Shown piece after piece: positions 25,601 to 35,260 of a stretch of DNA of 64,000 nucleotides (its first letter is position 1; each line of letters opens with the position of its first letter). The translations under genes and the position numbers were made by a program. The stretch covers positions 15,314,001-15,378,000 of the forward strand of contig NC_043015.1 in assembly GCF_006345805.1 (NCBI RefSeq), given 5' to 3'. This DNA is from Octopus sinensis. Lineage: Eukaryota. The notes below the pieces were generated by a model. The model had not been told where the DNA came from, searched no databases, and was given only the letters and a program-made list of their open reading frames with translations.

Positions 25601-28600
25601 CTTTCAGAGTGGATAAAATAAGTACCAGTTGAGCACTGGGGTTTTTTGCCGAACCACTAAGTTACAGGCATGTGAACACACCACCATCGGACGAGTAAAC
25701 TTGAGCTGGCGTGTTAGGAATGTGCCTTAGGGCAGAGAGAAAAAAAATGTGTGTTGCCGCAACGACGAAAGGCCAGCAGTCAGTCAGTCAGTCACGTGTG
25801 AGGAGAAGAGAGAGGAAAAGAAGGACAGAGGAATGAAGGAGGGGGAGAAGAGAGAGAAAAAGGGGAACAAGGAATTAAGGAGGAGAAGAGAGAGAGAGCG
25901 AGAAAGATATATATGTATATATATATACGATGGGCTTCTTTCAGTTTCCATCTACCAAATCCACTCACAAGGCTTTGGTCGGCCCGAAGCTATAGTAGAA
26001 GACATTTGCCCAAGGTACCATGCAGTGGGAATGAACCTGGAACCATGTGGTTGGTAAGCAAGCTACTTACCACATAGCCACACCTGCACCTATATATTTG
26101 TAAAGTCCTGGGATTTTGGCTATGTACTTGTCTGCATGTTTTTTGACCATACCTAAAGCACCTATAGGGATTGTTTTCTGTTTTCGGGTTATTTCTGTCT
26201 CCAGATCTTTGTATTTTGATAGTTTCTCTGTTTCTTTCAGAGATACATAGTCATCAGGGATGCCAATTACCAGGCTTTTTTTAAGAATTTGTTGTTCTTG
26301 GCAACAGTATCTGACTGATTCATCTTGATCTTCTTATGTGTGTATTGGCATATACTAGGACAGTGGTTCCCAAAGTGGGCGGTATTGCCCCCTGAGGGGA
26401 GCAGTGGAAAGAAACATGGGGCAATGATGGGGTAGTGATTCATGTGAATATTGGGGCAATAATGGAGTGGTGATTCATGTAAAAACAACAAAATAATGGG
26501 TTTATTAGTTTTAAGTTTTATTTGTGAAATACTGTTGCTTTGAATTTGCTTCAGAAAGAGGTCTATGTTTGTGATGGTTAGTTGGGGTGGGAGGCGCTAG
26601 GCATGTGGCCTGGGTGTCAAGGGGGTGGCAGCCCATGGTTACTTTGTCATTTTGTGACACCTTTTCTGGAGTATACCTATATAATCTCTTTTCTGTTGGC
26701 ATTCCTTAGTTTTGGTATGACATCCAGTGTATGTAAGTTCCAGCACTATCATGTCTGTGGATATATTATTTCTTGGTCAAGACTGGGCAACCAGAGACAA
26801 TATTATATATTGTTTCTTCCCCCATCACCATGTATACATTACTGTATTCTGCTTCATTGTGTGTTTTAGGTAGGGAGGCTTTGATCTTGTGCTGCAATTA
26901 CTTGTGGCAAGATAGTAATCCTGATTGACTGAGGAAGGACAAGAGAGAGAAAGAGATGAAAGAGTTTGGGTAGGTTGCAGGAGTGGAGGAGAGAGAGGCA
27001 GAGATGGTATAGGAAGGGAGTAAGAATCATGGTGGTGAGAGAGGAGAGATAACTTGGTGGCTCAGTGGTGGTGGTGATGGCAGCAGAGGCAGCGGAAGAG
27101 GAGGGATAATGTGGTGGCTCAGTGGTGGTGGTGGGAGAGGAGAGATAATGTGCTGGCTCAGCAGTGGTGGTGAGTGATCAGTGTGAAATGTAAATGGATA
27201 GAACAATATAAATGCATGAAGAATGGATAATGTGTAAAATGATAATGGGTGGTAAGAAAAACAAGTGGTATCAAGGGAGACCTGCAATTAGAGAAATATT
27301 GGGTGGAAGGGCCCATTTGTGCATATATGTGTGTGTGTGTGTGTGTATGTATATATATATACACACACACACACTTACACAGCAATTCTAGAATTCTGTT
27401 TTGCCAAGGTCGGTGGGTTTTCTTGAGAACTGCAGTCATCACCTGTCATTTCAGTCCTTTGTCAACTTCTCTTTGGGACTCAAGGTCCTGGGATCATCCT
27501 TCACTTTGTCCCCCCACCCCCATGTCTTCCTAGCTTTCCTTCTGCAAACTCCATTCTCATTAAGTGATCAACACTTCTTTATACAGCTTTCTTCATTCAC
27601 ATGCATTACATGTCCCTACCAGCATAGTCTTTTTTCTTGCACACTACATCTAATACTTCTCTCAGCACATCTGTACCATGTTGTTCACCTATACTTACAT
27701 GCACATCCTACAGAATATGTTCACTTTAGTTCTTTCTTGTCCTCTCATGTCCTCAGCCTTGAAGCTTTGTGTCTCACTATCATGCAGCATTAAAGTATTA
27801 TATCTCACTACCATGCATCAACTATCTCTGTTGCCAACAGAGCTAGTAGCTCCCTGAAATTTCTTCAACCCATCCTTACTCTAGTATACTTTCAGAACAA
27901 CCACCATCCTTGCTAATTTGATCTTTTAGGTAACAGAAGCTATCGACTACTTCTAGTAAGCCATTTGGGCATTCAAGAGAATCTTATTTCCAGCCTGCTG
28001 CTTGTACAGTCTATGTTTTTACTATAAGTTTGTTTCTGTTTGTGATTCCATTACATCTTTTGTGTGTCCAAAGCTTACTTAGGATACAATGTTTGGAGAT
28101 TATGCCTACTCCTTTTCTGCATATTGAACAAAATCATCTCCCAGTCTTCTTTCCTATTTACACAAATAATGTTGTTCTGAAATATTATTCCTCTCTTCAA
28201 GGCTTCTTTGGCACATCTTTCAAACCTGAATCTCATATTGATATTATTATTATGTGGTGAGCTGGCAGAATCGTTATTACACCAGACAAAATGCTTAGTG
28301 GCATTTAAGCTATCTTTATGTTCTGAGTTGTTGTTGGTGGTGGTGGTGGTGATGGGGAGGTGGAGGCAGTGAGCTGGCAGAATTGTTAGCATGCCAGACA
28401 AAATGTTTAGTGGTATTTCATCCATCTTTACATTCTGAGTTCAAATACCGCCAAGGTTGACTTTGCCTTTCATCCTTTTGGGGATCAATAAAATAAGTTT
28501 CAGTTGAACACTGGGATTGATATAATCGACTTATACCCTCCCCCAAACCTGCTGTCCTTGTGCCAAAATTTAAAACCTTCTGTTGAGCTCTGGAGTCAAT

Positions 28601-31394
28601 GTAATTGACTAGTTTCCTCCTCCAAAATTTCAAGCCTTGTGCCTATAATCAAAAGGACCACTGCTGCTGCTGCTACTACTATACTGGAGAAAATGCTTAG
28701 TGGCATTTCGTCTATCTTTAAGTTCTGAGCTCAAATTCCACCAAAGTTGACTTTGACTTTCATCCTTTTGGGGTTGATGAAATAAATACCAGCTGAGCAC
28801 TGGGATCAATACTTTTGTCAGTTTTTATTGTCTTTTTCTTCTTTGGTTTTTGTTTCTTCCCCTTTTTTTTTATCTCCTTCCTCCTAATTCTCTTCCTTCA
28901 GTTTTCTTCTTCTTGTCTGGTGTTTACTGACATAAAGAGTGTTAAGACTAGAGAGATTATGTGTATAGATCTGCAATATCCATTTTACAGTGATATTTTC
29001 AGCAGGGATCTGCTTCAGATATCTCTGTTGCAGATAGGGTTCTGTGAGTGAGAGGTGTCCTTAATCTTTGATATATATTTCTTGCCTTTTCACATTCTAT
29101 TTCATTTAGGTGGCCAGCTGGCAGAATTGTTAGCACACTGGGTGAAATGCTTATTGACATTTCGTCTGTCTTCATGTTATGAGTTTAAATTCTGCTGAGG
29201 TCGACTTTGCCTTTCATCCTTTTAGGGTTGGTAAAATAAGCACCAGGTGGGTACAGGGGTTCAATGTAATCAACGTACCCCTTCCTCCAAAGTTGCTGGC
29301 CTTGTGCCAAAATTTGAAATCAATATTTTGTTTCATAAATTATATTTTGCAGGTTGAAGACATTGACAATGATGAAACTGAATGTATTTTAGCAAATTTA
29401 ATAAACGAGGTAAGGACTTCATTTTTAAAATTCCTAATTATTCTATTTCATTTTCTTGCTTAAACAGAATTTATATTATCTAATAAAGATTACAGTATTT
29501 CTTAGAGTTGGGATCATACATTAAACTTACTTCTCCTTAGAGCTTTCACTTTTTTTAAATATCAGTCAAGGATTTTGAAAAGACACAAGAATTTTCTGTT
29601 TTTATATGTTGCTGCCTTAAATACTCTTCTAATTATAAGAAGACTTTCTCCCTTGTATTTTTTATCACCATGAACAGCTTCAAATATATGTTTTTACCAG
29701 TTCATTTAACCTCCTTGTCCATATATATCATTTCAACTACATCTGCACACAATCTGGTTAACAAACGTCCCTGGATATATTTACTTAGCCTGTATTTTTT
29801 GTTATTATTTTGTATTAGACATAAAGTCTCTATATTTTAGAGCAGGGGATGATGGGGAGTTATGATATTCATGCTTTTTCTCAAAAGTACTGACTGTGAG
29901 AAGTAGTATCACCAGAAATTCAAACTAGGATTCAGATTTATCTCTCTAAGACCTTATCCGTTCATCTTTTGAATTCACTATTGTAAGAATAACAGAATAA
30001 TAGAACACCAGACTAAATGTTTTGCATTATTTAGTTTTACTGTTTTTGTTTTTGTGTTCTGCCAGGGAGTTGAACAAGGATCTCCCCTTTAATGAAATTG
30101 CAGGGACGCCAAGCCAAATTGTTTATGTAAACCTTAATTATATCCACAGAGACTGAAAAGAATTTATTGTATAGAGTAGAATACTGTAAACCTGGAGCTT
30201 TTGCTATCAAACTGTAGTTGCATAGTACCTACAGAAGACAGTAGGGTTAAACAGCAGTATGTTATGGTTGTGAGTTGTACTGCTGCCATATAGGAACTAG
30301 AATACAATAGTTGGGTAATGCCTGTTTATAGCCAAAAAAATGGCTGGAGGAGAGGAGTTTAGAGAACTTTAGAGACATTACTTAAATTTAAAGAATGAGT
30401 TAAAGACTTAGAACTAGAGTAACATTTAGACCAAGGGTTCTCAATCATTTTTTATATATAGACCTCTTTGGTTACTATTTTATTTTGGTGGCCCCCAAAG
30501 CCATTCAATGTTTGGCAAAAGACAAGCTGTTTCTTCTCACTGTTTTTCTTATCACTTCTAAATAGCTCTACCCACCTCAGCACTGGTTGGCCTCTTACCT
30601 CCACTACTCAGGTACTCCTGTCCCGTTCACCTCTTCACTTCTCTGAACCCTTGCGGTGTCCAGCCACCCTTTCTTTACACTAGTCACTATGCTGGCTTCT
30701 TCATTCCTAGAAGAGCATCAATATCACCAGTCTCAGAGGCTCAGCAAGTCATCATCATCATCATTTAGTGTCTACTTTCCTTGCTGGTATGGGTTAGATG
30801 GTTTGACTGAAACTTGTAAGCTGAAGGACTACACCAGGTTTGGCACGGTTTCTGCAGCTTGATGCCCTTCCTAATACCAACCATTCCAAGTGTGTAATGG
30901 GTACTTTTTACATGATACCTGCATCAGCCATGACTATGATTTCACTTGGCTTGATGGGTCTTCTCAAGCACAAAATATCGTCAAAGGTCTTGGTCACTTA
31001 CCATTGCCTCCATCAGGCCCAATGTTCGACGGGTGCTTTTTACGTGCCAGTCACATGACACCAGCATTAGCCAAGGCTACGATTTTACTTGGCTTGATGG
31101 GTCTTCTTCTCAAGCACTGCATATTGCCAAAGGTCTTGGTCACTTATCATTGCTTCCGTGAGGCCCAACATTTGAAGATTGTGCTTCACCACCTTGTCCC
31201 ATGTTTTCCTGGGTCTACCCCTTCCACAAGTTCCCTCCAAATAGTAAAAATGTTTTATAATTGAATATTATTTTTATAATACATTTGCTTCATTTTCTTT
31301 CTAGAATAAAGTAAAAGGCTACATCTCTCATCAACATCAGAAACTGGTTGTCAGTAAACAAAACCCTTTTCCTCTGTTATCAACTGTTCTTTGA
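4784..31394 (+). CDS. PCID2: PCI domain-containing protein 2 (TREX-2 subunit), whole gene span, 15 coding exons, 399 aa
   Basis: Manual splicing of 15 exons (36+42+122+66+97+104+76+95+47+101+74+126+67+57+90 = 1200 nt) gives one open frame, [10 protein letters not shown]...[22 protein letters not shown]. It is colinear with the recalled 399-aa human PCID2. All introns are GT-AG except intron 4. Confidence 0.97.
5185..5226 (+). CDS. PCID2: PCID2 exon 2 ([14 protein letters not shown])
   Basis: TTTGCAG acceptor, GTAAGT donor, phase 0/0, fills the exact gap to exon 3. Confidence 0.88.
6544..6665 (+). CDS. PCID2: PCID2 exon 3 ([16 protein letters not shown]...[12 protein letters not shown])
   Basis: TTTCAG acceptor, GTAGGT donor; SFKH.HVAN.RLQ and PPYDE motifs. 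Confidence 0.96.
7863..7928 (+). CDS. PCID2: PCID2 exon 4 ([22 protein letters not shown])
   Basis: TTTCAG acceptor; followed directly by the U12 donor ATATCCTTT. Confidence 0.94.
8203..8960 (-). mobile_element. RTE LINE 3' fragment with (GAT)n tail
   Basis: Minus-strand ...[38 protein letters not shown]-terminus; 3'UTR shared with the copies at 37310-38530 and 39350-40225. Confidence 0.85.
9028..9272. mobile_element. Foldback MITE (~110-bp arms)
   Basis: GTGAATTTGAAGTCTTACA..GGTTGGTTAGCATGTCC is mirrored by GGACATGCTAACCAACC..TGTAAGACTTCAAATTCAC. Confidence 0.8.
10575..10810 (+). mobile_element. RTE/SINE 3' tail fragment
   Basis: GGAGTGGTTGGCATTAGGAAGGGCATCC motif and (GAT)n tail. Confidence 0.75.
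11243..11752. mobile_element. Tc1/pogo-type MITE inserted in a TA repeat
   Basis: TIR CC(A/G)TAAATCCTCGAGTATA.TCCGC at both ends, TA flanks. Confidence 0.8.
12443..12539 (+). CDS. PCID2: PCID2 exon 5 ([32 protein letters not shown])
   Basis: Aligns without gaps to human SFLRAFQAHKEENWALPVM; GTAAGT donor at 12540. Confidence 0.93.
13086..13285 (+). mobile_element. piggyBac-type MITE, truncated copy
   Basis: TTAA|CCCTTT start; homologous to 50124-50335 and 57512-57730. Confidence 0.7.
13911..14014 (+). CDS. PCID2: PCID2 exon 6 ([11 protein letters not shown]...[18 protein letters not shown])
   Basis: TTCTAG acceptor / GTATGT donor; conserved [16 protein letters not shown]. Confidence 0.96.
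14808..15032 (+). mobile_element. tRNA-derived SINE with 14-bp TSD
   Basis: A-box-like GAGCTGCCAGAATTGTTAG and B-box-like GAGTGTAAATTC; AATATTGTTTATTT at 14794-14807 and 15033-15046. Confidence 0.85.
15062..15137 (+). CDS. PCID2: PCID2 exon 7 ([25 protein letters not shown])
   Basis: TTAG acceptor / GTAAAA donor; conserved [20 protein letters not shown]. Confidence 0.96.
15703..16690. repeat. ~1-kb compound (TA)/(TATG) simple repeat
   Basis: Continuous ATATGT-type low complexity; source of the spurious IY-rich ORFs. Confidence 0.95.
18080..18975 (-). mobile_element. Penelope-like element, 5'-truncated, RT C-terminus plus GIY-YIG endonuclease, frameshifted
   Basis: LTLNGYPP...FLKLPHF and [29 protein letters not shown] motifs typical of PLE GIY-YIG. 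Confidence 0.88.
18980..19335 (+). mobile_element. tRNA-derived SINE (second family, internal TA/TG linker)
   Basis: Homologous to the full-length copy at 59698-60108. Confidence 0.85.
19742..19836 (+). CDS. PCID2: PCID2 exon 8 ([17 protein letters not shown]...VTYR)
   Basis: TTTCAG acceptor / GTAAAT donor; invariant [14 protein letters not shown]. Confidence 0.96.
20646..20692 (+). CDS. PCID2: PCID2 exon 9 ([15 protein letters not shown])
   Basis: CTAG acceptor / GTGAGA donor; [12 protein letters not shown]. Confidence 0.95.
21786..21886 (+). CDS. PCID2: PCID2 exon 10 ([13 protein letters not shown]...[12 protein letters not shown])
   Basis: TTCTAG acceptor / GTAAGT donor. Confidence 0.96.
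22967..23040 (+). CDS. PCID2: PCID2 exon 11 ([24 protein letters not shown])
   Basis: CCCCAG acceptor / GTAAGT donor. Confidence 0.95.
23493..23710 (-). mobile_element. RTE 3' tail fragment
   Basis: (CAT)n followed by TTTCCATGTTGGCATGGGTTGGACAG motif. Confidence 0.75.
23975..24100 (+). CDS. PCID2: PCID2 exon 12 ([11 protein letters not shown]...[22 protein letters not shown])
   Basis: CATAG acceptor / GTAAGT donor; PCI-domain core. Confidence 0.96.
24885..24951 (+). CDS. PCID2: PCID2 exon 13 ([22 protein letters not shown])
   Basis: TTTCAG acceptor / GTCTGT donor. Confidence 0.93.
25262..25640 (+). mobile_element. Two head-to-tail tRNA SINEs
   Basis: Repeated AGCTGGCAGAAT...GAGTTCAAATTC...CTTTCATCCTTTCGGGG. 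Confidence 0.8.
26361..26670. mobile_element. hAT-type MITE remnant
   Basis: CAGTGGTTCCCAAAGTGGG left TIR; right end not recognisable. Confidence 0.5.
28250..29325 (+). mobile_element. Cluster of 4-5 same-orientation tRNA SINE copies/fragments in PCID2 intron 13
   Basis: Heads near 28258, 28370, ~28690 and 29115 with the same body. Confidence 0.8.
29353..29409 (+). CDS. PCID2: PCID2 exon 14 ([19 protein letters not shown])
   Basis: TTGCAG acceptor / GTAAGG donor. Confidence 0.95.
30745..31240 (-). mobile_element. RTE 3' fragment with internal duplication
   Basis: CACTTGGCTTGATGGGTCTTCTCAAGCAC unit occurs twice; (CAT)n tail. Confidence 0.8.
31305..31394 (+). CDS. PCID2: PCID2 exon 15, terminal coding part ([29 protein letters not shown])
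   Basis: TTCTAG acceptor; conserved C-terminus; TGA at 31392-31394. Confidence 0.96.
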   Translation, partial: NKVKGYISHQHQKLVVSKQNPFPLLSTVL

Positions 31395-32885
31395 ATCATC
31401 TTGAAAAAAAACAAAAAAATGGAATCTGGTGGTATGAAGTTTTACACGCAAAAACTTTAAGACTGAAAATCTTGTAAACATACTTGGATAAAACCAGCTT
31501 TATGAAATTCAAGGAGACAGAAACACAGGACAAAACTGCCTGAAAAATTTGAAGGTTATTTGCAAAGATAAACATTTTGACTCAAATTGAGTTAATTTTC
31601 ATCCATTGTATCAGAAATTTATAATTGTTATATTTTTCTCTTCTTGTGCATTTTTTTATGGTCTATTAAATCTGAAATCTTGTACAGAAAGCTGAGGTTC
31701 CATGACTTCTTCTACTGTGTGTGGATATGGCTCATATAAGTTATATTTTGTTTTTTAAATTCTACCAACTGAAGCCTTGTGATTGAATTCGGTAGGTGGG
31801 AGTTTCTGTCATGTGTGAAAATGTTTGTGCTTCCTAAAAGAGAGGTGGGAACAAGGAAAACTGAGTCTGATGTGAATTGTGTTTTACCAAAATGTTGTAA
31901 AGAGATCTGTGAGTGAACAAATTTCAAAATTTAACACTTATGTAAAAAACAAAACAAAAATCAACTGAAAATATAATTCAAATTTTATTCTGTTTATGCA
32001 ACATCTTTGCAAACCAGTGTATAGTTAATACACTGACTCTATATGTTTCAGACTGGCTGATTCAGTTTTGCTTCAGAAGTGACATGAGTATGTGACTTTG
32101 ACAAGCCACAACGGTGAAATGTATCTGTTGCTCCTCTGGTTATTTCTGGAGTGATTTCGTTTCACCTATCTCTGAAGTATATTGTGTTTTTGAACTCAGT
32201 AAATCTATAAAAGGGTTTTCCCAGGTGAGAAACTGCAGTTTCTGGTTTTTCAACAACACACATTTATTAAATATGTTATATTGATAAAGTTTTTACTATA
32301 GGGCTGCTTCTATTGCATAATTTGAATTTTATTCTGCATATGTGGTGCTTTTGCAAACTAGTGTATAGCTTATACACTAACTCTGAATATTTCAGATTGG
32401 CTGATTCAGTTTCATTTTGGAAGTGACACAGGTACATGACATTGACAAGCCACAGCAACAACTAAATATATATGTTAATTTTGTGCTTGTTTCTGGGCTG
32501 ATTACATTTCACTAACTCTGAAGTACAGTATATTGTGTTTTTGAACATGATACATCTATGGAGGGTTTTTTCCAAAACAAAATACTTGTAGCTTTTGGTT
32601 ATTCAGTGGCACACACATTATGTTATTTTGATAAAATAATTTTACACATTTCAAAAGCTCCCAATACAAATTTTTTAAGAGTGTTGAGTACAATTGTACA
32701 CAAAATTATGGAAATGAATGTGTAGAAATAGTAAAACCTTTGCAAAATGTGAAGAACTTATGAAAAAATCTTGAGAAATGATGGATTTTTCTTTACAGAA
32801 AAATATTAAAACTGTTGCAGTAAATGGATAGAGAAAAGGTGTTTAGTGTGAACAGTTTGTTAGCTTACAAATAAGAATTTGTTTC

Positions 32886-32916
<31 letters not shown>

Positions 32917-33479
32917 TACCTGCATGTATGTGTATAACTTAAACTTTTATACACACCACAAAATTTCATTGTTTATATTGTTCTATGCCTTTTTGAAAGA
33001 CATTTAAAGATGTAATTGAGACAGGGTATTTAAAACTAGGAAACAAAACTTGTTTATCTCAATATGAACAAAAGAAAGAAGGCACCAAAACGATCTACAA
33101 ATATTGTAATGATAAATATAGTTTGGTACTATTGAATGGAAAAAATCCTGTTCATTAAGTGAAAATGTTTAAGTGGAAGCAGTTAAAATCATTCTGGGAA
33201 AAAATTACTTTTATCAAAATCATTAAAATATTTGAAGATTGAATCTTAATTTCAACTCATCCAGTCTAAGTTCAACTGCTATTGTATATTCTTTTGGAGG
33301 TTTTGTTGTTATATAGAGTAACACAGGATGAATCATGCCTGTAATCTCTGATCAGTTAGAGTCTCAAATTGCACCATCATAGTATTTACTGACAGAGCAA
33401 TCCCTGAACTGATCTCTACCAACTCTGGTGTGTTCTAAGGTTTGGTTATGTTACCCACACCCTTCCTCCTGTATATTTC

Positions 33480-33690
33480 TCTTTCTTTACTACCCACAAG
33501 GGGCTAAACACAGAGAGGACAAACAATGACAGACAAACAGATTAAGTCGATTATATCGACCCTAGTACGTAACTGGTACTTATTTAATCGACCCCGAAAG
33601 GATGAAAGGCAAAGTCGACCTCGGTGGAATTTGAACTCAGAACGTAGCAGTTGACGAAATACCGAAAAGCATTTCGCCCGGCGTGCTGTA
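33480..33690 (-). mobile_element. Young tRNA SINE (CpGs retained)
   Basis: ATCGACCCCGAAAGGATGAAAGGCAAAGTCGACCTCGG..ATTTGAACTCAGAACG. Confidence 0.85.
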
Positions 33691-34012
33691 TATTAATGAC
33701 CTACATGCTGTCACTCCCAACATAACTCACCACTATTGAAATTAGACCACCTTTCACTCTCCACTAACCTTATGCACCCAAATGTTATCACATGCAACCA
33801 AAACACCTTAAAACAAATCTATACTACTTTCATGAACAGAAACACTGGTGACATTTGTCTCCACTTAAACGTGGGTGTTCTGTTAGAACAAACTATACTG
33901 CAGTAGATACCATGAGAGGAACACATGTATTGGCTTTTGGTGCAAAACGCACTCTTGTTTATATTGCTAGCATTTTACACCAAAAGCCAGTATGAAAGTT
34001 TGTCTACCACAG

Positions 34013-34207
34013 TATACAGGGTGGGTGCTGAAAGAAAATACAGGAGGATCTGTTATGATTTTATTCAACATATTCCCTTCCCAGATTTACTCACTTATTG
34101 CAGCAGTCCTTCAGTTTTTCTAGCCCTGTGGAAGAACTTGGAAGGTTGGGCTTCCAACCAGGCTTTTGTTATATCCTTAAAGCAAGGAACTTTTCAGCAA
34201 CCCTTGT
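34013..34207. mobile_element. mariner-derived MITE
   Basis: Reverse-orientation homolog of 45237-45450. Confidence 0.7.
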
Positions 34208-35260
34208 GGTCTGTTCTAACAGAACATTCACGTTTAAGTGGGGGAAAATATTACTGCTTGGTATTAATACAGCCTCTGTTGTTAATATATATCTCAGTGA
34301 CATTCTCCAGTAGAGACATTAATCTTGTCTCTTTCAACAGCAGAATGACATAATCACTGCACACAACAGAAACACTTGTACCACAATCACTCTGAGTTAA
34401 GAATAATATACAACAAAACCTTCACAATCATTAATAATTTCTCCTGATGATTTCACATCCTCATGTATAGCCATAGTTTGGATCTAAGAGACCTGTAGAA
34501 AGGGGAAAATTAAGGTAGAATAAGAGCTAGCTGGAGAGTGCACTGTCACGGAATAATAGAATGGCTCTCCAGTTTGGAGTGATTAGAGAAGTCTTTGCAT
34601 TTGACATTCTATGTGAAAATATTGTTGAAAAGTTGTTTTTAGTATTTGTACAGCGTTGTTCATTTGAAAGCAAAGCAAGTAGGAACTGGAATGGTTTTTT
34701 TCTGTAAGAGTGTTACAGTGCTTTATTATTTGAGTTGTGGATTTCATATCAGCTCTGATCAAAAGCATTCCAGCTTTGACCATCCTATCTATTTCTATTT
34801 TCTTTTCTAGATGTAGTGTGTAAATAATGTAGGACTACATTATTTACTGTCTTTCCTTTTTTAAGGTGGAGAGTGTTATATAAGAAGAATTAGCTGTTAT
34901 TTTGATCGTGTACAAGTTGCCTCATTAGTTCATATTGCTTGAATAGTGTTTAGTGATATGACACACAGTTAGTGGTATTCCTCTTGAATATTGGTGATAT
35001 TAGGTGACTTCAAAACTCTGAAGACGATCTCTTTGACTTTATACGAAATATTAGTTTCAAATTTAGGCACAAGGCCAGCAATTTTGGGGGAGAGGATAAG
35101 TTGATTACATCAATTCCAGTGCTCAACTGGTACTTATTTTATTGACCCCAAAAATATGAAAGGAAAAATTCACCTCAGCAGAATGTGAAGATGGACAAAA
35201 TACTGCCTGGCATGCTAATGATTCTGCTAGCTGACCACCTTAACTTTATATGAAATATTA

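Noticed and set aside
27030-27190. GGTGGT/GA-rich ~60-bp minisatellite as a coding or G4 element
   Set aside because: Ordinary degenerate intronic minisatellite with mostly GG rather than GGG runs.
33925-34353. 142-aa ORF
   Set aside because: It spans a mariner MITE, has no recognisable domain and no linked exons.
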